From: Thermodesulfovibrionales bacterium
Lineage (GTDB): Bacteria > Nitrospirota > Thermodesulfovibrionia > Thermodesulfovibrionales > UBA9159
Assembly: GCA_035686305.1 (NCBI GenBank)
Contig: DASRZP010000103.1
Coordinates: 3,534-67,533 of the forward strand
DNA length: 64,000 bases
Reading direction: 5' to 3'
Shown here: piece after piece, positions 37,725 through 47,383 of the stretch
Layout of the letters: each line of letters starts with the position of its first letter
Numbering within the stretch: the first letter of the stretch is position 1
Notes under the pieces: model-generated
Seen by the model: the letters and a program-made list of their open reading frames with translations, nothing else
Databases searched by the model: none
Told to the model about the DNA's origin: nothing
Made by a program: the position numbers and the translations under genes

Positions 37725-38957
37725 TTGATGATAAATATCCCGGCGACGATACGGATATCCTTCAGGGCAATCAGGGTGAACAAGATGCGGTCCGCCCTCA
37801 CCATGCTCGGAATCATCATCGGAGTCGGAGCGGTAATCGCGATGCTTGCCGTCGGCACCGGGGCAAGGGAACAGATATCGGCACAGATTGCGAGCATGGG
37901 AAGCAACCTCCTCATCGTTCTTCCCGGATCGACGACGTCGGGAGGGGTGAGAATGGGCTCGGGGACACAGCCAACGCTCACCACGGGAGATGCAGAGGCT
38001 ATACTCAAGGAGTCTCCGGCTGTTGCCGAGGTCGCCCCTGTATTGAACGGGGTGGCCCAGATCGTGTACGGCCATCAGAACTGGTCTACGGTTGTAGTCG
38101 GCACGACGCCGGGTATGCTGGAGGTGAGAGACTGGCCGCTCTCTGCCGGCAAACCCTTCACCCAGCAGGACATAAACAGCGCTACGAAGGTCTGCCTGCT
38201 GGGGCAGACGGTTGTGGATAATCTCTTCGGGGACATGAACCCGGTCGGTCAGGTCGTCAGGATCAAGAAGATCCCCTTCATCGTAATCGGAGTCCTTGCA
38301 GTCAAGGGGCAATCTCCCCAGGGACAGGACCAGGATGATACCATATATATTCCTGTGACAACAGCCCAGAAGAAAGTGTTCGGAACGTCCTTCCCCGGCA
38401 TGGTAAGGGTTATCATGGTCAAAGCCAGGAGCGCTGAAAACCTTGATACGGCAGAGAATCAGATAACAGAACTGCTCAGGCAGAGACACCATATCGGCCA
38501 GAAACAGGACAATGATTTTACGGTCAGGAACCTGACACAGATGATGCAGGCGGCGGAGCAGTCAACGAAGGTGATGACCCTGCTCCTTGGGGCTATCGCT
38601 TCCGTCTCTCTCCTTGTCGGCGGGATCGGGATCATGAACATCATGCTCGTTTCGGTGACTGAGAGGACCCGGGAAATAGGAATCCGGATGGCCGTGGGCG
38701 CAAAGACATGGGACATACGACTACAGTTCATAATCGAAGCCCTTTCGCTTTCCCTGATAGGGGGCGTCGCAGGCATTATCGCCGGCCTGACAGGTTCGAA
38801 GGCGGTCTCAATGATCGCAGGCTGGACGACGATAGTCTCTCTTTCGTCGGTCCTTCTCGCCTTCGGCTTTTCCGGCCTCGTAGGGATCTTTTTCGGGTTT
38901 TATCCCGCATACAAGGCATCTCTTCTTGACCCCATTGATGCATTACGGTATGAATAA
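37725..38957 (+). CDS. MacB/FtsX-type ABC transporter permease
   Basis: 410 aa with a MacB_PCD-like periplasmic domain between TM1 and TM2 and a C-terminal FtsX motif (GIMNIMLVSVTERTREIGIRMAVGA). Confidence 0.9.
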   Translation: MMINIPATIRISFRAIRVNKMRSALTMLGIIIGVGAVIAMLAVGTGAREQISAQIASMGSNLLIVLPGSTTSGGVRMGSGTQPTLTTGDAEAILKESPAVAEVAPVLNGVAQIVYGHQNWSTVVVGTTPGMLEVRDWPLSAGKPFTQQDINSATKVCLLGQTVVDNLFGDMNPVGQVVRIKKIPFIVIGVLAVKGQSPQGQDQDDTIYIPVTTAQKKVFGTSFPGMVRVIMVKARSAENLDTAENQITELLRQRHHIGQKQDNDFTVRNLTQMMQAAEQSTKVMTLLLGAIASVSLLVGGIGIMNIMLVSVTERTREIGIRMAVGAKTWDIRLQFIIEALSLSLIGGVAGIIAGLTGSKAVSMIAGWTTIVSLSSVLLAFGFSGLVGIFFGFYPAYKASLLDPIDALRYE

Positions 38958-39005
38958 TGAGAAATGCACGGAGATTATAACGATGAGAGGAAGGAAACGA
39001 CCATT

Positions 39006-40394
39006 ATGAGGATAAGATTGAGGATAAGATCGTTCTTCATCTGCCTTGCCCTATTGGCCCTGGCGGTCTTGAGGACGCCCGACGCCGTCCTTGGTGCTGA
39101 AGAATCTTCTCCCCCCGATGAGCAGACAAGAGCATTCCGGGAAGATATGATACGAAAAGGCGAGCTCCTCACCCTTGAGCGGTGCATCGAGATCGCGCTT
39201 AAGCGCCAGCCGAACATCATCGCCGCCCTGTACACTGTGGACGTCAACAGAAACAGGGTGGGAGAGGCGTTATCCAACTATTATCCCCAGATTGAGGCAA
39301 ACGCCTCCTACACCAGGCTCAAACCTTTTACGGGGACACAGAAACTTGTATCCACAGGACTTTCCGGGACATCCGTCAGCACTTCGACGGCTTCCTTTGA
39401 TCAGTATAGCGGCACCCTCACCCTCAACCAGATTATCCACGATTTCGGAAGGACTTCGTCTCAGGTTTCGATCTCGAGGCTCAATCTTGCCTCCTCGGGA
39501 ATGGACCTCGAAAATGTTTCTGAGCAGATCGTCCTGAACGTAAAGCAGACATACTACGCGGTCCTGCTGGCAAAGAGGAACAAGGCTGTGGCAGATGAGA
39601 CGGTACAACAGTTCCAGCAGCACCTCGAACAGGCAAAGGGCTTTTATGAGGTCGGAACCCATCCAAAATTCGACGTGACAAAGGCAGAGGTTGATTTGAG
39701 CAATGCAAAGCTGAACCTCATAAGGGCTGATAACGCCGTAAGACTCGCAGTCGTAAATCTCAATAACGCGATGGGTGTGCCAGACGCTCCTGACTACATC
39801 CTTGAAGACAATCTTTCCTTCGAAAAATACGCAATAACCTTTGAGGGGGCCCTCTCGACAGCCTTTACGAACAGGCCCGACTTAAAGTCAATCATCGCAA
39901 AGAGAAAGGCAGCCGAGGAATCCATCGCCCTCGCCAGGGCGAATTATTATCCGACAATCTCGGGCAATGCTGCTTACAATGTATTTGGAACCGACTTTCC
40001 TCTCAGCAGCGGCTGGAGTATTGGGGCGGCGGTTTCATTCCCGATCTTCAGCGGTTTTCTCACCAAACATCAGGTGGACGAAGCGAAGGCGAACCTGAAC
40101 GTCATCAAGGCCAACGAAGAGTCTCAGCGTCTGAGTATATTCCTCGATGTCCAGCAGGCGTACCTCAACCTTAAGGAGGCAGGGGAGCGGGTCCCGACAG
40201 CCGAACTCACCGTGACGCAGGCAAAGGAGAACCTCGATATCGCCAACGGCAGATACTCCGCGGGAGTCGGAAGCCCTATAGAGGTCACGGATGCACAGGT
40301 CGCATACACCAATGCAGAGACTGCCTATAGTCAGGCCCTCGCTGATTATAAGGTTGCCAAGGCCGCTCTCGAAAAAGCGATGGGGAGCAGATGA
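39006..40394 (+). CDS. TolC-family outer-membrane efflux channel
   Basis: The start is taken at Met15 of the track ORF, giving the signal peptide MRIRLRIRSFFICLALLALAVL. The two-repeat OEP architecture is present (LERCIEIALKRQPNI...; TAFTNRPDLKS...). Confidence 0.85.
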   Translation: MRIRLRIRSFFICLALLALAVLRTPDAVLGAEESSPPDEQTRAFREDMIRKGELLTLERCIEIALKRQPNIIAALYTVDVNRNRVGEALSNYYPQIEANASYTRLKPFTGTQKLVSTGLSGTSVSTSTASFDQYSGTLTLNQIIHDFGRTSSQVSISRLNLASSGMDLENVSEQIVLNVKQTYYAVLLAKRNKAVADETVQQFQQHLEQAKGFYEVGTHPKFDVTKAEVDLSNAKLNLIRADNAVRLAVVNLNNAMGVPDAPDYILEDNLSFEKYAITFEGALSTAFTNRPDLKSIIAKRKAAEESIALARANYYPTISGNAAYNVFGTDFPLSSGWSIGAAVSFPIFSGFLTKHQVDEAKANLNVIKANEESQRLSIFLDVQQAYLNLKEAGERVPTAELTVTQAKENLDIANGRYSAGVGSPIEVTDAQVAYTNAETAYSQALADYKVAKAALEKAMGSR

Positions 40395-41527
40395 TGGAAT
40401 ATAAGAGAAAGCACATAACGGCTCTCTTCTCTGGTCTCATGATATTCGCCCTCTTTTCCCTTGTTGCATGCACGGACAAGAAGATTAAACAGGAGACTCC
40501 AAAAGCGGTTCCCATTAAGGCAGCTCTTGTTAACCAGAAAACGGTGCCTCTTCAGATCACCGCCATCGGGAATGTCGAACCCTTTTCCTCTGTAGCGGTC
40601 AAGGCCCAGGTCGGCGGCGAGCTCAGACGGGTCCACTTTAAGGAAGGTCAGGACGTGAACAAGGGCGACATGCTCTTTACCATCGACCCCCGTCCTTACG
40701 AAGCTGCGCTCATGCAGGCTGAGGCAAACCTTGCCCGCGACTCCGCACAATTGGAAAACGCCCGTCAGGAGGACCACAGGTATGAGGAACTGGTGAAGAA
40801 AGGCTATGTAGCGCAGTCGCAATTCGACCAAATCCGCACCAACTATACCGCCCTTGAGGCGGTGGTCAAGGCTGACAAGGCGGCCATCGAGAATGTGCGG
40901 CTCCAGGTCGGATACTGTTTCATCCGCTCCCCTCTCACAGGACGGACCGGCAATCTCATCTCCTATGAGGGAAATCTGATCAAGGCTAACGCAGATACGG
41001 CCATGGTCGTCATCAATCAGATCCAGCCGATCTATGTCGGGTTTTCAGTACCGGAAAAATACCTCGGTGAGATAAAAAAGCGCATGGCCTCAGGAAAGCT
41101 GGGCATAGATGTCTTTATCTCGCCTGAGGACAGATCGCCGGTTCAGGGTGTGCTGACCTTTATCGACAACACCGTCGACACTGCAACAGGGACGATAAAA
41201 CTCAAGGGCACCTTTACAAACCAGGAGAAACGTCTCTGGCCTGGTCAGTTCGTCAATATTGTCCTGACACTCGCCGATCAGCCGAATGCAATTACCGTCC
41301 CGACGCAGGCGGTCCAGACAGGCCAGAGTGGTCAGTATGTCTATGTTATAAAGCAGGACCAGACTGTCGAGATGCGGCCTGTCGTTGTGGCGAGGACCTT
41401 TGGCAGTGAGTCCATTGTCGAAAAGGGTCTGCAGTCTGGCGAGAAGGTCGTGACTGACGGCCACCTCCGTCTTGTTCAGGCCTCGAAGGTAGAGATCAAA
41501 GGCGAAGGGGAAGGCGGCAAGAAATGA
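40391..41527 (+). CDS. RND efflux periplasmic adaptor (AcrA/MexA family), lipoprotein
   Basis: Lipobox-like LVAC, then GNVEPFSSVAVKAQVGGEL...GDMLFTIDPRPYEAAL, typical of MFPs. It overlaps both neighbouring genes (ATGA junctions). Confidence 0.85.
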   Translation: MMEYKRKHITALFSGLMIFALFSLVACTDKKIKQETPKAVPIKAALVNQKTVPLQITAIGNVEPFSSVAVKAQVGGELRRVHFKEGQDVNKGDMLFTIDPRPYEAALMQAEANLARDSAQLENARQEDHRYEELVKKGYVAQSQFDQIRTNYTALEAVVKADKAAIENVRLQVGYCFIRSPLTGRTGNLISYEGNLIKANADTAMVVINQIQPIYVGFSVPEKYLGEIKKRMASGKLGIDVFISPEDRSPVQGVLTFIDNTVDTATGTIKLKGTFTNQEKRLWPGQFVNIVLTLADQPNAITVPTQAVQTGQSGQYVYVIKQDQTVEMRPVVVARTFGSESIVEKGLQSGEKVVTDGHLRLVQASKVEIKGEGEGGKK

Positions 41528-44500
41528 ATATCTCGGAGCTCTTCATCCGCCGTCCAATCATGACAACCCTCGTCATGCTCGCTATCCTCATCTTCGGTAT
41601 CGCAGCATACCGTCTCCTTCCCGTGAGCGACCTCCCCAATGTCGATTTTCCTACGATCCAGGTGACAGCCGGTCTTCCAGGCGCCAGCCCGGAGACCATG
41701 GCCTCTGCCGTGGCCATCCCCCTTGAGCGCCAGTTCTCAACCATCGCAGGACTCGATTCGATGACCTCCACGAACGGTCTCGGCAACACGATGATAACAC
41801 TCCAGTTCAGCCTCAGCAGGAACATCGACGCAGCGGGACAGGACGTTCAGGCGATGATCGCCAAGGCGATGAAACAACTCCCTCAGAATATGCCGAGCCC
41901 TCCGACATACAGCAAGGTAAACCCCGCTGACCAGCCGGTGATCTACCTCTCGCTCAGCTCTGCCTCGCTCCCCCTTTCTCAGGTTAACGAATATGCGGAC
42001 ACCTTCATGGCCCAGCGCATATCCATGATCAGCGGTGTCGCCCAGGTCCAGATCTTCGGGGCCCAAAAATACGCAGTACGCGCCCAGGTAGACCCCCGCG
42101 CCCTTGCAGGAAGAAAGATCGGGATCGATGAAGTCGGCAGCGCCCTCGAGCGGCAGAATGTCAACCTTCCCACAGGCACCCTTGAAGGCAAGCAGCAGGC
42201 CTTCACGATCCAGGCCACCGGCCAGCTCTTCACTGCCGCCGATTACCGGCCCCTCATCGTTGCCTACCGAAACGGCTCTCCGGTGCACCTTGAGGAGATC
42301 GGAAGGGTTATCGACAGCGTCGAAAACAACAAGGTGGCGAACTGGTACAATAAGGACCGGGCAGTGGTCCTGGCCATTCAGCGACAGCCCGGTACGAATA
42401 CGGTGGAAGTCGTAGACAGTATCAAGAACCTCATTCCCGTATTTCGCTCTCAGATGCCGCCTTCCGTGGAACTCAACGTCCTGTATGACCGTTCCGTCTC
42501 GATTCGCGAGTCCGTCAGGGACGTTAAATTCACCCTCGTCCTGACCATCTGCCTTGTGGTGATGGTGATCTTCCTCTTCCTTCGCAACCTCTCTGCTACG
42601 ATCATCCCGAGCCTTGCCCTTCCCTTCTCGATCATCGGTACCTTCGCTGCCATGTATCTCATGGGATTCAGCATCGACAACATCTCTCTCATGGCCCTCA
42701 CGCTCTCCGTCGGGTTCGTTGTCGATGACGCAATTGTCATGCTCGAGAATGTCGTGCGCCACATGGAACACGGCGAAGGGGCACTGGAAGCAGCCCTCAA
42801 AGGCTCAAGGGAGATCGGCTTCACCATCCTCTCCATGACACTTTCTCTCGTAGCTGTCTTTATCCCAGTGCTCTTCATGGGAGGGATCCTTGGCAGGCTC
42901 CTCCATGAATTCGCCGTGACGATAAGCATGGCGATCCTCATATCAGGTCTTGTTTCCCTGACACTCACCCCTATGCTTTGCAGCCGCTACCTGAAATCCC
43001 CGGGTGGGGTTCAGCATGGCCGCCTTTATCTTCTTATGGAGCGTTTCTTTGATGGGATGCTCCATACTTACGAAAGGACACTGAAAATCGTCCTCCGTCA
43101 CCGCCCTGCTATGCTGATTGTTACTGCAGTCCTTACTGTCGTGACAGTCTGGCTCTTCACGAAGATGCCCATGGGGTTCCTGCCGACCGAAGACACGGGT
43201 TCCATCTTTGCCTTTACCGAAGCGGCCGAGGGCATCTCCTTTGAAGACATGACAAGACACCAGAAGGAACTGGCTGAGATCGTCTCAAAGGAGCCAAATG
43301 TGGACTCTTTCATGTCAGCCATCGGCGCGAGCGGCATCAGTGTTGCGAACAATACAGGCCGTATCTTCATGCGCTTAAAACCCCGGGACGAGCGCAGAAT
43401 GAGCGCAGACGAGATCATCCAGAAGTTGCGTCCCCAAGTTGCCACCGTGCCGGGCATCCGCATGTTTATGCAGAATCTCCCGGCCATCAGAATCGGAGGC
43501 CAGCTGACAAAGAGCCAGTACCAGTTCACCCTCCAGAGCCCGGATACCGATCTCCTTTACAAGTCAGCCACTGAACTGGAGAACAAGATGCGCGGCCTCA
43601 CGGAGCTCCAGGATGTTACCAGCGACATGCTGATCAAGAGTCCCCAGGTGAATGTGGAGATCAACAGGGACAAGGCCTCTGCCCTTGGTTTGACCGCTGA
43701 TCAGATCGAGGACGCCCTCTATTACGCTTACGGATCACGCCAGGTCTCGACGATTTATGCTCCGAACAACCAGTACCAGGTCATTCTTGAACTGGACCCG
43801 AAATACCAGAGTGACCCTGCCGCGCTCTCGATGCTCTATGTCCGTTCCAACTCAGGGCAGCTCGTTCCGCTGAACACCGTGGCGAGCCTCACAAGGAGTT
43901 TAGGACCATTGACGGTAAACCACCAGGGCCAACTCCCTGCAGTCACAATCTCATTCAATCTCAAGCCCGGGGTCGCCCTCGGCGATGCGGTGAAGATTGT
44001 CGGAAAGGTCTCCCGTGAAACCCTGCCCCCGACTATCAGCACGAGTTTTCAGGGATCGGCCCAGGCCTTCCAGTCCTCCATGCAAGGACTCTGGATCCTC
44101 CTCATCATGGCGATCCTCGTCATCTACATAGTGCTCGGCATCCTTTATGAGAGCTTCATCCATCCCCTGACGATCCTTTCAGGTCTCCCCTCGGCAGGCT
44201 TCGGCGCCCTCGTTACCCTCATGGCCTTCAACAAGGACCTGAACATTTATGCCTTTGTCGGAGTGATCATGCTCCTCGGAATCGTCAAGAAGAACGCCAT
44301 CATGATGATCGACTTTGCCCTCGAAAACCAGCGTACCGAAGGGAAATCACCGCTCGAAGCGATTTACCAGGGCTGTATCATCAGATTCAGGCCCATCATG
44401 ATGACGACGATGGCCGCACTCATGGGAACCCTCCCGATCGCCCTCGGCTTCGGCGCCGGCGGTGAATCGAGAAGACCCCTCGGCCTTGCAGTGGTGGGCG

Positions 44501-44622
44501 GATTGCTAGTCTCCCAGCTGCTTACGCTCTACATAACACCCGTTGTGTACACTTACATGGACGCCTTCCAGACATGGCTGGGAGGGAGGAAGAACATTCC
44601 GGTCCCGGCTGAGGAGGGTTAG
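41524..44622 (+). CDS. RND multidrug efflux permease (AcrB/MdtB/MexB family)
   Basis: 1032 aa. The N-terminus (MNISELFIRRPIMTTLVMLAILIFG) and the 12-TM / two-large-loop layout are characteristic. Confidence 0.95.
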   Translation: MNISELFIRRPIMTTLVMLAILIFGIAAYRLLPVSDLPNVDFPTIQVTAGLPGASPETMASAVAIPLERQFSTIAGLDSMTSTNGLGNTMITLQFSLSRNIDAAGQDVQAMIAKAMKQLPQNMPSPPTYSKVNPADQPVIYLSLSSASLPLSQVNEYADTFMAQRISMISGVAQVQIFGAQKYAVRAQVDPRALAGRKIGIDEVGSALERQNVNLPTGTLEGKQQAFTIQATGQLFTAADYRPLIVAYRNGSPVHLEEIGRVIDSVENNKVANWYNKDRAVVLAIQRQPGTNTVEVVDSIKNLIPVFRSQMPPSVELNVLYDRSVSIRESVRDVKFTLVLTICLVVMVIFLFLRNLSATIIPSLALPFSIIGTFAAMYLMGFSIDNISLMALTLSVGFVVDDAIVMLENVVRHMEHGEGALEAALKGSREIGFTILSMTLSLVAVFIPVLFMGGILGRLLHEFAVTISMAILISGLVSLTLTPMLCSRYLKSPGGVQHGRLYLLMERFFDGMLHTYERTLKIVLRHRPAMLIVTAVLTVVTVWLFTKMPMGFLPTEDTGSIFAFTEAAEGISFEDMTRHQKELAEIVSKEPNVDSFMSAIGASGISVANNTGRIFMRLKPRDERRMSADEIIQKLRPQVATVPGIRMFMQNLPAIRIGGQLTKSQYQFTLQSPDTDLLYKSATELENKMRGLTELQDVTSDMLIKSPQVNVEINRDKASALGLTADQIEDALYYAYGSRQVSTIYAPNNQYQVILELDPKYQSDPAALSMLYVRSNSGQLVPLNTVASLTRSLGPLTVNHQGQLPAVTISFNLKPGVALGDAVKIVGKVSRETLPPTISTSFQGSAQAFQSSMQGLWILLIMAILVIYIVLGILYESFIHPLTILSGLPSAGFGALVTLMAFNKDLNIYAFVGVIMLLGIVKKNAIMMIDFALENQRTEGKSPLEAIYQGCIIRFRPIMMTTMAALMGTLPIALGFGAGGESRRPLGLAVVGGLLVSQLLTLYITPVVYTYMDAFQTWLGGRKNIPVPAEEG

Positions 44623-44624
44623 TC

Positions 44625-44894
44625 CCCCCCGACGGCATCTATATTACGGCGCATTACAAAGAGACCCAGCTGGAAAAGACAAAGGTCGGGCAGAAGGTGG
44701 AGATAAAAGTCGATACTTATCCCGGCAAGAAGTTCAAAGGAACGGTCGAGAGCATTATGGCAGGAACAGACTCTGTCTTCTCCCTCTTCCCTCCTGAGAA
44801 AGCAAAAGGGAATTTCGCGAAGGTAGTTCAGAGGGTGCCCGTAAAGATTATTTTTGATAAAGACACGGACAAGGAGCATGTTCTAAGGAGATGA
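44625..44894 (+). pseudogene. C-terminal fragment of an EmrA/HlyD-family adaptor gene
   Basis: An open frame begins immediately after the RND stop, in another reading frame: PPDGIYITAHYKETQLEKTKVGQKVEIKVDTYPGKKFKGTVESIMAGTDSVFSLFPPEKAKGNFAKVVQRVPVKIIFDKDTDKEHVLRR-stop. This matches the conserved C-terminal third of EmrA-type proteins (ANFKETQL...D.YP...F.G.V.SI...FSLLPP.NA.GN..KVVQR.PV.I). The N-terminal two-thirds and the extreme C-terminus are missing. Confidence 0.6.
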
Positions 44895-45092
44895 GATCGA
44901 AGATGTGGCATTTGATGACGAGCCGTGGATAAGAAAAGGCCGCGGAGGGACGCGTTACATGCTTGGTTATGCGGTAGCGGGCCGTTATCTTTTTGTTGTT
45001 TATCTGTTGAAAGGAAAAGGCATTGCGAGAGTAATTATGCAATGGATATGGACGAGAAGACAAGGAAGATGTACAAGAAAAGGGGCAAGTGA
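44887..45092 (+). pseudogene. BrnT (DUF497) toxin gene, N-terminally truncated and frameshifted
   Basis: EIEDVAFDDEPWIRKGRGGTRYMLGYAVAGRYLFVVYLLKGKGIARVI matches the BrnT core. The expected C-terminus (AMDMDEKTRKMYKKRGK-stop) is in the -1 frame from about 45037 and ends in a TGATG overlap with the brnA start. About 20-30 N-terminal residues are absent. Confidence 0.6.
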
Positions 45093-45358
45093 TGAAGAAA
45101 CTTCCAGAATTTAAGACAGAAGAGGCAGAAATAAGATTTTGGGAAACGCACTCGATTGCCGACTACTGGGATGAGCTTGAAGAAGGCAGGGAGATTTTTA
45201 GGAGACCCAAGCTTACTCCGATTACCCTGAAGTTCGACCCGCTCGTGCTGAAGAAGATCAAAATGCTTGCGCGCAAAAGGGGGATTTCCTACAATGCGTA
45301 TATACGCTATTTGGTCGCCAAAAGCGTTGAGAAGGAAATGCTTCCCGCAGGCCGCTAA
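45092..45358 (+). CDS. BrnA-family antitoxin (RHH/CopG-like)
   Basis: MKKLPEFKTEEAEIRFWETHSIADYWDE...LKFDPLVLKKIKMLARKRGISYNAYIRYLV is the typical BrnA layout. Confidence 0.75.
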   Translation: MKKLPEFKTEEAEIRFWETHSIADYWDELEEGREIFRRPKLTPITLKFDPLVLKKIKMLARKRGISYNAYIRYLVAKSVEKEMLPAGR

Positions 45359-45485
45359 AGATATAGCGGGGATACGGCCCATCGCATCCAAATCACGCAA
45401 GATTGGCCGCTTATCGACCGGCCTCTGGCATGTCCGTGGTGCCTGCCATTCTGGTCGGGACGTGAAGGCACTGTGTTAATCGGAA

Positions 45486-46235
45486 TTATGCCCGCTCCAT
45501 CTTGGGAGCATTCGGCGTCTTGCCTTCGCTTAAAATCTCACCCTTGATTCCGACAACAACTTCCTTATAGGGGATGTCCTTCCCTGATGCCTTCAGGGCC
45601 TCTTTGACGAGATAAGCCAATCCGCCGCAGCACGGGACTTCCATTCTGAGTATGGTTATGCTCTTCACCGAATTGACCTTGAAGAGCTCCGTAAGCTTTT
45701 CATAATAGTACTTCGAATCGTCGAGTTTCGGGCACGCTATAAGGAGTATCTTACCCCTGATGAAACGGCTGTGAACATTGATCGTCGAAAATGCCGCGCA
45801 GTCCGCTGCCAGGAGGAGATCTCCATCCTTGAGAAAGGGCGCGTTCGTCGGGACTAGTTTCAACTGTATAGGCCAGTTCATCAGCTGAGGTTTCGTATCA
45901 CCCTCATCCTTGCTGACATCAGTCTCAGCCTTCTGGGAGAAGTCGACAGCCCTTGTACCGGGGCATCCTGAAAGCTCCTCTTTCGGGGTTTTTATTTTGT
46001 CAACATGTATTTCTGTTGCTTTCTCGTCAAAGGGGTCGGCTTCCCTCTGCACAATCCTGAGAGCGCCCGTAGGGCATCCGCCAATGCAGGCGCCAAGCCC
46101 GTCGCAGTATATCTCCTTCACAAGCTTTGCCTTGCCGTTCACGATCTGGAGGGCAGCCTCCGCACAGTCGACAATGCACTGACCGCATCCGTTGCACTTC
46201 TCTTCATCGATCTCTATGATGTTCCTTATTGCCAT
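45486..46235 (-). CDS. 4Fe-4S dicluster domain protein with a conserved C-terminal domain of unknown function
   Basis: Two ferredoxin motifs (CNGCGQCIVDC and CDGLGACIGGCP). The start is taken at the ATG at 46235 (SD GAGGAGG 9 nt upstream). The C-terminal part carries a CC pair (VPCCGG). Confidence 0.7.
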   Translation of the reverse strand: MAIRNIIEIDEEKCNGCGQCIVDCAEAALQIVNGKAKLVKEIYCDGLGACIGGCPTGALRIVQREADPFDEKATEIHVDKIKTPKEELSGCPGTRAVDFSQKAETDVSKDEGDTKPQLMNWPIQLKLVPTNAPFLKDGDLLLAADCAAFSTINVHSRFIRGKILLIACPKLDDSKYYYEKLTELFKVNSVKSITILRMEVPCCGGLAYLVKEALKASGKDIPYKEVVVGIKGEILSEGKTPNAPKMERA

Positions 46236-46355
46236 TCCCACAATCCTCCTCGACGAGATGTCTTGTACCTCCAGTATAAACGATCTCCTTTCGGTGATCC
46301 ATAACAGCGGTCATATCGTATTGAGCGGGAGCATCGACTCCTGATAGACTACGGC

Positions 46356-47126
46356 ATGGACGACTGGAAGGGAAACATATACTTTATCCTCGTGGAACCG
46401 AGGGAACCCGGCAATATCGGCGCCTCTGCAAGGGCGATTAAGAATATGGGATTCAGAAACCTCTGTCTTGTGAAGCCTCAGGCCGGGATGTCGGAAGAGG
46501 GGAGATGGTTCGCCCGCAATGCCCATGATGTCCTTGACTCTGCAGAGAGGTTTTCTTCGCTCGAAAAGGCGATGAGAGACAAAGCGCTCGTAGTGGGAAC
46601 GACCCGGAGGACAGGGAAGAGACGCGGCGTGATACTCCCTGTCGAAACAGGGGCGTCAAGGATTTACAACGCCGCAAGAAACAATAAAGTCGCCATACTC
46701 TTCGGGAGGGAGGCGAGAGGACTCTTCAACGCCGAGGTTGACGAGTGCGGTTTTATGATCACCATCCCGAGCAGCGCAATGCAGCCTTCCCTCAATCTTG
46801 CACAGGCAGTCCTCATCATCGCATATGAACTCTCAAAATGCGCGCAAGTGCTAAAGAATGAAACCGGCAAGGGCCGAAAGAGAAAGCCGGACAACTCGAC
46901 ACTGAAAGATGACCTGATTGCTCATGGAGAGGTCGACCGGTTATACGCGAGGATCTCAGGCGTGCTGGAGCTCCTTCAATACATTCCGAAGGGCGACAGG
47001 AATCTCAGGGAAAAGATCATCGCCAACCTGAAGCACTTCATCGGCAGGGCAGGCATTACCGAGTGGGAGCTGAACATGCTTCACGGCGTCTGCACCCAGA
47101 TCAAGAAGAAGATCGGAGAGAGGTGA
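46356..47126 (+). CDS. SpoU/TrmH-class RNA 2'-O-methyltransferase (TrmJ/LasT-like)
   Basis: IYFILVEPREPGNIGASARAIKNMGF and LNLAQAVLIIAYEL are SPOUT motifs. Confidence 0.8.
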   Translation: MDDWKGNIYFILVEPREPGNIGASARAIKNMGFRNLCLVKPQAGMSEEGRWFARNAHDVLDSAERFSSLEKAMRDKALVVGTTRRTGKRRGVILPVETGASRIYNAARNNKVAILFGREARGLFNAEVDECGFMITIPSSAMQPSLNLAQAVLIIAYELSKCAQVLKNETGKGRKRKPDNSTLKDDLIAHGEVDRLYARISGVLELLQYIPKGDRNLREKIIANLKHFIGRAGITEWELNMLHGVCTQIKKKIGER

Positions 47127-47383
47127 ATGGAGAGAGCGCCGCGTCTAGCCCGTCCCCAGAGCCTTCGCTTGCTGAATTGTGTAACGCTGATATTGGAAGC
47201 ATTTGCTTTTTTTACTGTATAATATATCAATTTCTTCATGGATGTCTTTTTACTATAGAACGGTACCTCTAAGGTGGTGGCGCAGAACGATGTTCTCCTT
47301 CAGACTCTTTTGTGCATAACGCTCGTTGCTGAGGGGGATGAAGTTTATGCTGCGTTAATGAACATGAGGAGGTTTCTCGTTAG

